From assembly GCA_016790635.1 (NCBI GenBank), contig JAEUOR010000060.1, positions 1,880 to 65,879 of the forward strand: a stretch of 64,000 nt of DNA. Direction: 5' to 3'. Shown piece by piece: positions 29,947-38,862 of this stretch. How positions within the stretch are numbered: the first letter of the stretch is position 1; the number at the start of each line of letters is the position of its first letter. The position numbers were made by a program, and so were the translations under genes. The DNA is from Burkholderiales bacterium. Its GTDB lineage: Bacteria > Pseudomonadota > Gammaproteobacteria > Burkholderiales > JAEUOS01. Below the pieces are notes generated by a model. It did no database searches. It was not told the DNA's origin and saw only the letters and a program-made list of their open reading frames with translations.

Positions 29947-29971
29947 GGCCCGCTTCGGCGGGCCTTTTTTT
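29947..29971 (+). terminator. Rho-independent terminator, probably bidirectional
   Basis: GGCCCGC-TTCG-GCGGGCC followed by T7, 22 nt after the PEP-CTERM gene stop. An A4 run on the other side gives a U-tract for the convergent minus-strand gene ending at 30063. Confidence 0.85.
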
Positions 29972-30062
29972 GTCGCTGTTTGCCGCGTTCGGAAAACGTC
30001 ACCAAAATGATTGGCCGCCCCGGATCCTACACTTGCCCGCGCAACTGACGAGGACGCTGGCC

Positions 30063-31220
30063 CTATCTTCTGGTCAGCAATGCCGCGACCTTGCGCGCCA
30101 CCTCAGCAACGCCACCAACCCGGAACGCTTCCCGCACTTGCAACTGGCGCAATCGAAGGGCTGCCAGGCTGCGCCGCCACGCGGGCTGTGCGGTGAGCAT
30201 GCGCCTGGCGCCGATTGGGACACCATTAGCAGTCAGCCTCTCCATCCAAGCCGGTGCGTTGACGTTGAGAGCATAGCGCCGGTGCGCGACGATGCGGGCC
30301 TGCCTGCCAAGGTGCTGGCGCAACGTCGGGTCAGTCACGAGCCTGCTGATTGCCATTTGCCAATCGAGCGAATGCTCTGCAACTAGGAGGCCGGTGACGC
30401 CTGATTCGACACTACGTCGATACGGCGCCACGTCCGCGTAAGCGCCGGCGATCCCGCAGGCCGCGAATTCCCGGAACTTGTTGTCGGTCTTGCATCGATT
30501 CGCTTCGGTATCGCGCAGCGGCGCCAAGCCGATATCCCAGCGGCGCGATGCCTGGAACGCGACATACGTCGCGTAGTCCCTGACGTGCGGGAAATGACGC
30601 ACGCGCCGGCACGCAGCCAGGCCCGATGGCATCACCCCAGCGAACTCGAACACGACCCTTGCATCCAGGTCCAAAACAGGATGGATCAGCGGGACGAGCA
30701 CACCGAGATCGTCGATGCGCGATGGACTGCCCGCAAAACCGATGCGGATCTCACCCGTTGACCCGCCGGATTCAGACGCGACAAGTGCATCGTCGAAGAA
30801 AGTCGGCAAGACGACCACCCGGGTGCTAAATCGACCGACAAACTCAGCCAATTCAGGCGACTGGGTCAAGACCAGGGACGCGTTGGCAACTGCATGTTCG
30901 ATCGACCCACGCACGGCCGGATGGCGATAGTGATGCGCGAGCGCCGAGTCGCCATCGATGCGCCAGAAATTGTCGTCCAGATAATAGAGATAGGGGCGCC
31001 TGGCGCGGGTCAAGGTATCGACCCACGAACGCAATAGCGGCGCATCGCAGCGGACAAACAACGGCACGCCGGTCGTGCCGAGATCCGCGGGGCAAAGCGT
31101 CGCCAGGCTGGTCTTTGTCCAATGCAGTCCGCGTCGCGCACACTCCCGCAACATGCCTTCGATGATTTGCGTGGTGGCGATCTCTGCCTCGGCCACCAGC
31201 ACGATCTGCAGGTCGGGCAC
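30063..31220 (-). CDS. Glycosyltransferase-like protein (GT-B-like C-terminal half), family not recognised
   Basis: GTG start. 385 aa. Shares several collinear motifs with the central module of the 1086-aa glycosyltransferase: IRIGFAGSPSR / VRIGFAGSSAR, DIGLAPL / DIMLAPL, NKFREFAACGIAGAYADV / IKFLEITAAGAVGIYSDV. Confidence 0.6.
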   Translation of the reverse strand: MPDLQIVLVAEAEIATTQIIEGMLRECARRGLHWTKTSLATLCPADLGTTGVPLFVRCDAPLLRSWVDTLTRARRPYLYYLDDNFWRIDGDSALAHHYRHPAVRGSIEHAVANASLVLTQSPELAEFVGRFSTRVVVLPTFFDDALVASESGGSTGEIRIGFAGSPSRIDDLGVLVPLIHPVLDLDARVVFEFAGVMPSGLAACRRVRHFPHVRDYATYVAFQASRRWDIGLAPLRDTEANRCKTDNKFREFAACGIAGAYADVAPYRRSVESGVTGLLVAEHSLDWQMAISRLVTDPTLRQHLGRQARIVAHRRYALNVNAPAWMERLTANGVPIGARRMLTAQPAWRRSLAALRLRQLQVREAFRVGGVAEVARKVAALLTRR

Positions 31221-31238
31221 GTCGCGTCAGCGATGCAA

Positions 31239-32882
31239 TTAGCGAAAGATCGCGAACGGCGCCAGAACCGGCTCCGGGCGCAGCAGGCGCGGACGCGCAA
31301 TCTCGTACACTGCCACGGGGATAGGGGCGTCGCGCACAAACACGCGCACCCGCCAGCCCGGAAACAGGGGACCCAGCACCTCGCTCAGCATGAATTCGGC
31401 GGGTTGAAACGGATCGAGGTTCGCAAGCGGCAACATGGTCTGTGCGATGATTCGCTCATCGTGGGACACAATCTCGATCCCCACCACACCCGCGCGCGCG
31501 CGCAACAGAGGCCGTATCGCGAACCCCAGGCAGCTGAGTGTCTGCTGCCGACTTTCAATCCGGTACTCGCGAAATGGCACCGTTCGCAAATCTACGCTCA
31601 ACTGCAGACGCCACGCATGTCCATCGCGAAACCGCCCCTCGGTGTATGCACGCAGTCCGTTGTAGCCCGGCGCAATTGCGTCCCACAGAGGGTCATGGCG
31701 CCTGAGCCAGACCATCAGGCGCTGTTGCAATGACCAGCGACCGGCGATGGCCTGCGCCATGAGATTGCCGACGACATCGCCGGCATCTCGCCAATCAGCA
31801 GCATCGCGCACAGCGTCCGCAGAGTTCGCCTCGGCGGCGTGGCGATGGGCTTCCTCTTCCCGCGCCCGGTACCAGGCGAGCAATCCGTTGGCAGCCTCGA
31901 GTTCGGTATCTATGAGCGAGGCGCGCATTCGCTCCCGCTCCGCGGACAATAGTTGGTCGTGCAGACGCCGATTTTCTTCGTGAGCGCCGGCGAGAACTTC
32001 CACCCTGCCCGTCTGCGCGGCTATGCTCGTCCTGACTTCTGCCAGTTCAGAACGCAAGTCTTCAGCCAGTTTTTCCCCTCTGAGCAAATGATCGTTGATC
32101 ATTGCCTGCAGAGCGCGCCCGAGAGCCTCCACCCCGGCACTCTCGCGGCGCTCGGCGACGTCGAGCCGATTCTGCAATGCCTCGATTCGCTTCGCCGCGT
32201 GCGCCATTCCATCGCTCAGGTCCGCTGCCCGCCGCCTTGCGATGTAGGCGGGCTCGACGAAGGCGAGGCTGCCGTCGCCGGTGACCTGCGCAGACAGCCC
32301 GGTCCCGCTGTTGGGCTTCCAAGCCACCAGGTGATAGACGATTTGATCGCAGACGTCGAGCCTTTCCCGACGCAGTTGGCGCTGCCGCTCAGGCGACAGG
32401 CCGCGATAGTCGGGAAAATAGAAGAACTCCATGTGCACGAGCCTCAGGTCGACAGCCGCAGAGTTGCCGCCGGAGTCAGCCAAGCCCCATTGGAGCGCAT
32501 GCGGATGACGATACTCATCGAGGTCGATCGCGACATTCGAGCTTGTGGTCCAGAAACGCGGCGTGTGCTCGTTGAATGCGCCGAGATGATAGGGATTGGC
32601 GAGGCTGAGCTTCTGCTCATTGTAGGGAGCCACGATGCAGATGGCGGCGCCATGTCGGCACACCCGGTAGATCTCCCTGATCGCATGCATCAGGTCGCGG
32701 ACGTGCTCAAGGCTATGGGAAGCGACGAGGCAGTCGACACAATCATCCGCCAAAGGCAGATCCGCATCCAGATCGGCAACGATATCCACGCCCGCCGCCG
32801 GGCTGCGATCCAGGCCGATGAATCCCTCCTCCTTGCGGGCACCGCAGCCCAGATCTATTCGAACCGGCATTCGGCTGCTCAT
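31239..32882 (-). CDS. Class I SAM-dependent methyltransferase with a central coiled coil and an unknown C-terminal domain
   Basis: N-terminal methyltransferase motifs (IDLGCGARKEEGFIGLD, LVASHSLEHV). About 130 aa of Ala/Glu/Arg/Leu-rich heptad-like sequence (AAKRIEALQNRLDVAERRES...AWYRAREEEAHRHAAEA). About 170-aa beta-rich C-terminus. The ATG overlaps the upstream stop (ATGA). Confidence 0.75.
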   Translation of the reverse strand: MSSRMPVRIDLGCGARKEEGFIGLDRSPAAGVDIVADLDADLPLADDCVDCLVASHSLEHVRDLMHAIREIYRVCRHGAAICIVAPYNEQKLSLANPYHLGAFNEHTPRFWTTSSNVAIDLDEYRHPHALQWGLADSGGNSAAVDLRLVHMEFFYFPDYRGLSPERQRQLRRERLDVCDQIVYHLVAWKPNSGTGLSAQVTGDGSLAFVEPAYIARRRAADLSDGMAHAAKRIEALQNRLDVAERRESAGVEALGRALQAMINDHLLRGEKLAEDLRSELAEVRTSIAAQTGRVEVLAGAHEENRRLHDQLLSAERERMRASLIDTELEAANGLLAWYRAREEEAHRHAAEANSADAVRDAADWRDAGDVVGNLMAQAIAGRWSLQQRLMVWLRRHDPLWDAIAPGYNGLRAYTEGRFRDGHAWRLQLSVDLRTVPFREYRIESRQQTLSCLGFAIRPLLRARAGVVGIEIVSHDERIIAQTMLPLANLDPFQPAEFMLSEVLGPLFPGWRVRVFVRDAPIPVAVYEIARPRLLRPEPVLAPFAIFR

Positions 32883-35800
32883 GCCTGCTCCGCCGCCATC
32901 GACCTTAACCTGGCGCGCAAGCGTTCCAGCGTATCCGCGAGTACCCGCCCGCTGCGGCCGTCAGCCCCTGCCTCCGCCTGGGTTGCAGGATCGGGACATC
33001 GCTGAGCGGCATCCCGATACATGCGGAATAGCGCGCCGGCAACGACGTCCTCGGTCGCCTCGGACTCGACGATTGTTCTGGCCAGAGCCAGTCGCCTCGC
33101 GCGTTCGCCGTCGTCCATGCGCAAAGCCTCGACCAGTCCTGCAAGAATGGCATCGGCGCTGTTGTCGCCAATGAGCACCCCGCACCGGGACGAGAGCACA
33201 TCTCCGATTCCGCCGACCGCTGGTGCGACGACCAATCTGCGCGCCGCCATCGCCTCGAGGACGACTTGCGGAAGAGATTCCCAGTCACTGGCGCACAGGA
33301 CCACATCGACATCGGCAAACATGGCCGTCGGGTCCGATACGAAACCAGTCAATCGAAGTCGCTCGCCGATACCGGCGTCGCGGGACGCGTCCAGACACGC
33401 CTGGACATAATCGGGGAAAAAGTGGTTATAGCCAACCAGACGTAGTTCGACCTCGATGCCGTGTAACTGGCGCAATTGGCCGACTGCCTGGATTGCCTGC
33501 AGTTGCCCCTTGCGCGCCTGGAGTGTCCCGAAAACACCAACGACCGGGACCTCCCGATCCCGACGCGGGCGTTCACCGATCTGAAAGTATGCAGCCGGCA
33601 CCGGCGATGGAATGCGATACGCGGGCGAACCCAGGACTTTCGACCAAGCGTTGGCATACCGAAATGAATCCGAGTGGATGCCATCACAGTGCGACCATGC
33701 CACTGCCGCGTCGCTGGATGTAGCGTATAGCGAGGACACGTGGGGAACCCCTGCACGGCGGCATGCTTCGCCGACCTCGCGCATCAGAGTCACGCTGTGT
33801 ACCAGCGAGATGTCGCGTGCATTCAACCAGCGCCACAGCTCTGCGATACAGCCATGGTCGAGCTGACGCTGATCTTGCACTTCTGTCTCAACCAAGAACG
33901 GCAGATATTCGACCTCGATTCCTGCCGCACGCGCGATGCGCGGCACTTCGCCATCCACCCCTTTGGAATTGAGAGGCAGGACCAGCACCGTGTCGAACGA
34001 GTATCGCTGCGCCAGTTGTGCATGGCGCAAGAGATGGTTTTCCCCTCCCCCAAGAAAAGGGCTATGGCAAAAGTACGCAATCCGGGCCCTGCGTGACTCC
34101 AGGCGTCGCTTGAGGCTTGCCCGGAAAGCTGCAGCATCAAGAGCCGCACCCAGCTGCCGCGCTCGCGACTCGCTGAGAAAATCCGCTTCGACCTTGCGCA
34201 GTGCTGCCCGCAGCATCGCAACCCTGCCGGCCACGCCAGCGGCGACCGCGGCGAGAATTGCATCCCGCCACTCTTCCGGCGAGGGGCCGCACTTGATGCC
34301 ATCCAGACCATGGGTCACTACGCCATTCGGCTCGACATCGGAATAGATGCCGACAGCACCCGCAGCCGTGATTTCCAGAAACTTGATCGGACATTTTGCC
34401 TGCTTGGCCCTTCGCTCCGTCATCAGCGGAGCCAACATGATGTCGAATCCGCTTGTAGTGAGCCGATCGAGGTACTCCCCGTAACTGAAAGTGAACTCCT
34501 CACACTCCCACGGCGACTCGATCTGTTCGAGACCGGCTGGCCTGAATCCCCAAAAGCAGAACTCTGCCGCACTACCGAGCGATCGGCTGACGTCCACAAT
34601 CGCGGGCCAGAGCCTCTCCAGTTCCTCACGCCGGGCGCTACTGCCGGCAAAGCCAATGCGGACCCGCTTGGAAGGTGCCGTCGCAGTCGACTTGACATAG
34701 GCCTTGCGCCTGGCCTCGTCAAGACGAAAGGAAGGGATGCTGGTCTGCAGCTGAACCCAGCGAGGGTTGAGGCCCGCGATCGAATCTACGATCAGGCGCG
34801 AATAACCCAGCGCGAGGTCCGCGTGGCGAATCTGCACCTCAAGGGATGCGCGATAAGGCGCTCCCGGGGCAAGATACGAAAATTCCTCACCCAGTTCATG
34901 GAACCACAAGAGGTCGTCATCCATGAGGAACACGACCGCTTTGCCGGCACGACGCGCGCAGCGGGCGAGCTCTTCCGCACGTGGTTCAATGGTCCTGTGC
35001 AACAGCAAAATATCGCACGCGGCCACATGGGATTCTTCGGCCTGGCTCTGTGGAACAAATGTGAATGCAAAACGAGGTTCGAGCCACGCCGCATTGTCGA
35101 GAATCGTTATGTCAAGTGTCGTGTCGAAATGCGCCTTCACCACCATCACATGCAACTTGCGCGACGGCGGGAGGATCTCCGGAAACCTGTCGCGATGCCT
35201 GGTGCGAAACGGTCCGATCTGCTGCCTCCAAATCGCTGCCGTCTTTTCCCCGCCGAGATGTCGGAGATGGCCGAGGCCGTCGATCCGATAGTCAGGAAAG
35301 CTCGCGGGCCGGAGTAGATGATCCCGGGGCAAGGCCATGTGCACACGCGCAGCATACGAGTCATAGTGCACGGTACGTCCCAAAGAGTCCGCGACGGCGG
35401 CATCGACCAGGCTTACGACCTCCGGAACATAAAGAAACCTTACGTGGCGAGCCCAGCGCAGCCAAAGGTCCCAATCGCACAACCGGCGCATGACAACATG
35501 GGCGTCATAGCCGCCGAAGCGCTCGAAAACGGCGCGCCGATGAAGAATGCTGTTATTGGCGATGTAATTCGACTCGACCAGGCGACTGTAGTTGAACGGA
35601 GAAGCAAGCTGGTACTCGGCATCCGCCTGTCGAAACACGCAGATTCCGTAGGCCACCTCGTAGTTCGGCTCCCGTTCCAGTGCGCCGACCAGGGTATCCA
35701 GCGCCCCCTGAGTCCAGCGATCGTCGTCAAACTGATAAGCGCAAAACTCCCCGCGCGCCATCGCAAGACCTTCGTTGACCCGCAATGCAGGCAGGCCGCT

Positions 35801-36139
35801 GTTTGAATCATGACGAACGTGCACGACGCGCTCATCGGCACGGACGTAGTCCGCAATCAGATCTTCGGTTCCGTCTGTCGAACCGTCGTCCATGACCAGC
35901 AATTCGAACGAGCCGAACGATTGAGAGAGTACCGACTCCATCGCCTGCGCCAGCAGGCCGCTGCGTGCGCGACAGAAGGTCGGCAGGATGACCGATACCT
36001 TGGGGTTCTCGATGAGGCACTTGCGTCGGTTGACCCTCGCACCCGCAAGAAAGTCGGCGGCGCGCATTTCCCGATGCGGTGAAAAAGTAGGGCCAGCCTC
36101 AGGAAAGTCGTCGAGGGCGGGTTCAGTGCCAGTTGCCAT
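32879..36139 (-). CDS. Three-module glycosyltransferase (GT2 + GT-like middle module + GT4/GT1-type C-terminal module)
   Basis: N-terminal GT2 signature (VSVILPTFCRARSGLLAQAMESVLSQSFGSFELLVMDDGSTDGT). Middle module paralogous to the 385-aa protein. C-terminal GT-B module (PVVGVFGTLQARKGQ...CASDWESLPQVVLEAMAARRLVVAPAVGG). Confidence 0.8.
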   Translation of the reverse strand: MATGTEPALDDFPEAGPTFSPHREMRAADFLAGARVNRRKCLIENPKVSVILPTFCRARSGLLAQAMESVLSQSFGSFELLVMDDGSTDGTEDLIADYVRADERVVHVRHDSNSGLPALRVNEGLAMARGEFCAYQFDDDRWTQGALDTLVGALEREPNYEVAYGICVFRQADAEYQLASPFNYSRLVESNYIANNSILHRRAVFERFGGYDAHVVMRRLCDWDLWLRWARHVRFLYVPEVVSLVDAAVADSLGRTVHYDSYAARVHMALPRDHLLRPASFPDYRIDGLGHLRHLGGEKTAAIWRQQIGPFRTRHRDRFPEILPPSRKLHVMVVKAHFDTTLDITILDNAAWLEPRFAFTFVPQSQAEESHVAACDILLLHRTIEPRAEELARCARRAGKAVVFLMDDDLLWFHELGEEFSYLAPGAPYRASLEVQIRHADLALGYSRLIVDSIAGLNPRWVQLQTSIPSFRLDEARRKAYVKSTATAPSKRVRIGFAGSSARREELERLWPAIVDVSRSLGSAAEFCFWGFRPAGLEQIESPWECEEFTFSYGEYLDRLTTSGFDIMLAPLMTERRAKQAKCPIKFLEITAAGAVGIYSDVEPNGVVTHGLDGIKCGPSPEEWRDAILAAVAAGVAGRVAMLRAALRKVEADFLSESRARQLGAALDAAAFRASLKRRLESRRARIAYFCHSPFLGGGENHLLRHAQLAQRYSFDTVLVLPLNSKGVDGEVPRIARAAGIEVEYLPFLVETEVQDQRQLDHGCIAELWRWLNARDISLVHSVTLMREVGEACRRAGVPHVSSLYATSSDAAVAWSHCDGIHSDSFRYANAWSKVLGSPAYRIPSPVPAAYFQIGERPRRDREVPVVGVFGTLQARKGQLQAIQAVGQLRQLHGIEVELRLVGYNHFFPDYVQACLDASRDAGIGERLRLTGFVSDPTAMFADVDVVLCASDWESLPQVVLEAMAARRLVVAPAVGGIGDVLSSRCGVLIGDNSADAILAGLVEALRMDDGERARRLALARTIVESEATEDVVAGALFRMYRDAAQRCPDPATQAEAGADGRSGRVLADTLERLRARLRSMAAEQA

Positions 36140-36140
36140 G

Positions 36141-36647
36141 TCACTCTACCCGCAGCACCCGCCGGGTATCGCAACGCAAGACCTCCTTGCCGGACAGGAT
36201 CAAGATGAATAGGCGGTGGCTGCCTGGTGCGATATTCAAGGCAATCCTTTCAACCTTGAATCCACCGCGATCAAGCGCCGGATTGCCAAGCGCAGCCCCC
36301 AGCCCGTTGCGCACATAGCTTTCGCCAGAGACGAAGAACGCGGGATCTGTGCCGACCTGCACCGCTCTGGCCGCGCCAATAGTCCCGGCGCGCACATCCA
36401 CAACGGCCCATCCCGCCAGTGCCAGGCTGGCCCCGCGCCGCAAAGGCATCGGAGAATTCTCGAACAGGGCGAAGTTCAACGCATCAATCTCACATCGCCC
36501 GCCGTCCTTGACAGGCAGGCCGGCGAATGATGGCGGCATCGAGCGGCTGAATTGCCTCGAGTCGGCGGCACCGGACGATCCCGGCACCAGGGCCGCCAGC
36601 GCACAAATCACTATGCAAACCAATTTATGGAAGAAAACCCGTCTCAT
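36141..36647 (-). CDS. Hypothetical secreted protein (168 aa)
   Basis: Good SD (AAGGA). Sec-type signal MRRVFFHKLVCIVICALAALVPGSSGA. The stop lies 1 nt before the ATG of the three-module glycosyltransferase. No family recognised. Confidence 0.55.
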   Translation of the reverse strand: MRRVFFHKLVCIVICALAALVPGSSGAADSRQFSRSMPPSFAGLPVKDGGRCEIDALNFALFENSPMPLRRGASLALAGWAVVDVRAGTIGAARAVQVGTDPAFFVSGESYVRNGLGAALGNPALDRGGFKVERIALNIAPGSHRLFILILSGKEVLRCDTRRVLRVE

Positions 36648-36782
36648 TGATCATCCTTTCTACATCTGTCGAAGAACACCACCTGCGACCAGGCGGTGCC
36701 CGGGAAAATTGCCGCGTGGCCACGATCTCGCGCTGGAGCACCGCGGCGATCAAAGGACCCATCTCGCGATTGCCCATTACGA

Positions 36783-37556
36783 TCACATCGCCGCTGGCGA
36801 AGTCCTGACGCCGGACGCTCCAAACGCGAGATATTGATCGACCACATCGGACGCCCGGCCATCGCTGACAACCTCACCCCGGTCGATCCAGACCACGCGC
36901 TCGCACATTGTCTTGAGATGTTCCAGGTTATGGGTTGCGAAAACCAGTATCTTCCCTTGCTCCATGAAGGACTGCATGCGGCGCGCCGCCTTGTCTGCGA
37001 AGCGGACATCGCCAGCCCCCATGACCTCATCGATCAGGAGGATTTCCGGATCAACGCTGGTCGAGATCGAGAACGCCAGGCGGATGAACATGCCTGCCGA
37101 GTAAGTGCGAACCGGGTAGTCCAGGAATTCTCCCAGATCCGTAAATTCCGCAATCGCCGGCATCTTCGCCTCGATTTCCTCCTGCGTCATGCCAACCAAC
37201 ATGCCGCGAATGCGAATGTTGTCCCAACCGGATTGATTCATTTCGAAACCGGTAGCGAACTCAAACAGTGGGCATACGCGTCCCCGAACCACGACAGCCC
37301 CCTCGGTCGGTGGGTAGATTCCTGCCATTACCTTGAGCAGGCTTGATTTTCCGGCCCCGTTGAGGCCAATCAACCCGACCCGCTGGCCCTGCGATATCTT
37401 GAGGCTCACCTGACGCAAGGCCTGCACCGAGAAGCCCGATTTTCGTTCTCGACCCGACACGCGGTCGACGAGCCATCCCCGGAGGCCGGCCTGGGTATCG
37501 ATTCGGCCGTCGAATCTCAGGCCGACGCCCTTGAGTTCAATCCCGATCTCGCTCAC
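36783..37556 (-). CDS. wzt: Polysaccharide ABC exporter ATP-binding protein (Wzt/KpsT/TagH type, NBD only)
   Basis: Walker A GLNGAGKSSLL, signature YSAGM, Walker B ILLIDEV. 257 aa, so no C-terminal carbohydrate-binding extension. The GTG start overlaps the wzm stop (GTGA). Confidence 0.88.
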   Translation of the reverse strand: MSEIGIELKGVGLRFDGRIDTQAGLRGWLVDRVSGRERKSGFSVQALRQVSLKISQGQRVGLIGLNGAGKSSLLKVMAGIYPPTEGAVVVRGRVCPLFEFATGFEMNQSGWDNIRIRGMLVGMTQEEIEAKMPAIAEFTDLGEFLDYPVRTYSAGMFIRLAFSISTSVDPEILLIDEVMGAGDVRFADKAARRMQSFMEQGKILVFATHNLEHLKTMCERVVWIDRGEVVSDGRASDVVDQYLAFGASGVRTSPAAM

Positions 37557-38350
37557 AGCAGGTACACCACGCGTCGATCAAGCCGGATCGTCACAGCAAG
37601 CGCCAGCAACCACGTGACCGCAAGATACGTCAGGCAGAATGCATAACTCGACGACGCGGCCCACCCGCCTTCGAGTATCGGCGTACGAATGACATCGAGC
37701 AGATAGTGCCCGGGATTGAACCGATACACGAAGTCAAGCCCTCTTTCCTTGAGCAAGTGAACCGGGTACATGATCGGTGTCACGAAAAAGAGCACCTGAA
37801 AAATGCTCGAAGTTACGTGCGCGAGGTCACGAAATCGCGTCCCAAGATAGGCAAAGATGGTGATATGCGCCAGCGCCGTAAGCAGAACCAGCACGAGCCC
37901 TGGTACAGACAGTATCCAGCCCAATGGCTGAAATTTCCCGAACCAGAGTTGAATCGGCGGCAGAATGGCGAGACCGGCAGCCAAGACCAGTGCCTGGGTC
38001 ACCAGACAACGTAGCAGGTAAATCTGCTTCGGATAACAGAATTGCTTGATGTATCCCTCGGCGTTGACGAACGCATTCGCGCCGTCCACACAAGTCGCCA
38101 CCAGAAAGGCCCAAAGAACCACCCCCGCAGTCAGGAAAGGGACGGCCACTTCCACTGGCTGCGCAAACATCAGGCCGAAGAAGACACCGGCACCGACTAC
38201 GAAGAATCCGGTGTAAATCAGCAGCCAAAGCGGCCCGAAAAAGGAGCGTTGAAAGCGAAACCGAATGTCCTGGCAGCCCAGAAAAGTCCACACGCGCCAA
38301 TCGGCGAGCGCCTTTTGCCAGTCGGCGACCAGCCTCGCAGCTTCAGGCAT
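37553..38350 (-). CDS. wzm: ABC-2 type polysaccharide exporter permease (Wzm/KpsM type)
   Basis: 265 aa with about 6 TM helices. Typical ABC-2 N-terminal region (RFQRSFFGPLWLLIYTGFFV). Adjacent and coupled to the NBD gene. Confidence 0.85.
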   Translation of the reverse strand: MPEAARLVADWQKALADWRVWTFLGCQDIRFRFQRSFFGPLWLLIYTGFFVVGAGVFFGLMFAQPVEVAVPFLTAGVVLWAFLVATCVDGANAFVNAEGYIKQFCYPKQIYLLRCLVTQALVLAAGLAILPPIQLWFGKFQPLGWILSVPGLVLVLLTALAHITIFAYLGTRFRDLAHVTSSIFQVLFFVTPIMYPVHLLKERGLDFVYRFNPGHYLLDVIRTPILEGGWAASSSYAFCLTYLAVTWLLALAVTIRLDRRVVYLL

Positions 38351-38862
38351 CAGACTGTACCCGCGGGCTTCCGGAGCGCGAGTCCCATGCGGACCATGCC
38401 TGCACTTCGGGACTCCTCGAGGAATCCGGCGCGCGAATACACGTGAATCGCTCGTGCATTTTCGGACTTCACGTCAAGATAAACGTATTGAAGTCCAAGA
38501 TCGCGTGCGCACCATTCGAGGAGTGCGGCACACGCCTTGGCGACATAGCCCTGGCCGGACATACCGGGCGCCGCGAGAAACCTCCCGATTTCCGCCTGCC
38601 TTCGAACGGGCTCGACACGGTACACGGCGGCCTGCGCCACCGCGATCCCGCTGCACTCGGCGACGAACATGAAATCGTCATCGCGCTCAAGATAATCCTC
38701 AAACCAGCGTAGATGATCTGCGCGAGGAATGACGTCCGAATGCTTGAACCAAACCCGCGCGTCGTCGCGGTTTCGCCAGCGCAGGAGCATGTCGATGTCC
38801 TTGCGTTCGACAAGGCGCAGCGACACCGGACCTTCCGTAACCAGCCGTACCGCTGGCTTCAT
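38350..38862 (-). CDS. GNAT family N-acetyltransferase
   Basis: 170 aa. RimJ/RimL-like layout with an acetyl-CoA-binding region (FLAAPGMSGQGYVAKA). The ATG overlaps the aminotransferase stop (ATGA). Confidence 0.8.
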   Translation of the reverse strand: MKPAVRLVTEGPVSLRLVERKDIDMLLRWRNRDDARVWFKHSDVIPRADHLRWFEDYLERDDDFMFVAECSGIAVAQAAVYRVEPVRRQAEIGRFLAAPGMSGQGYVAKACAALLEWCARDLGLQYVYLDVKSENARAIHVYSRAGFLEESRSAGMVRMGLALRKPAGTV

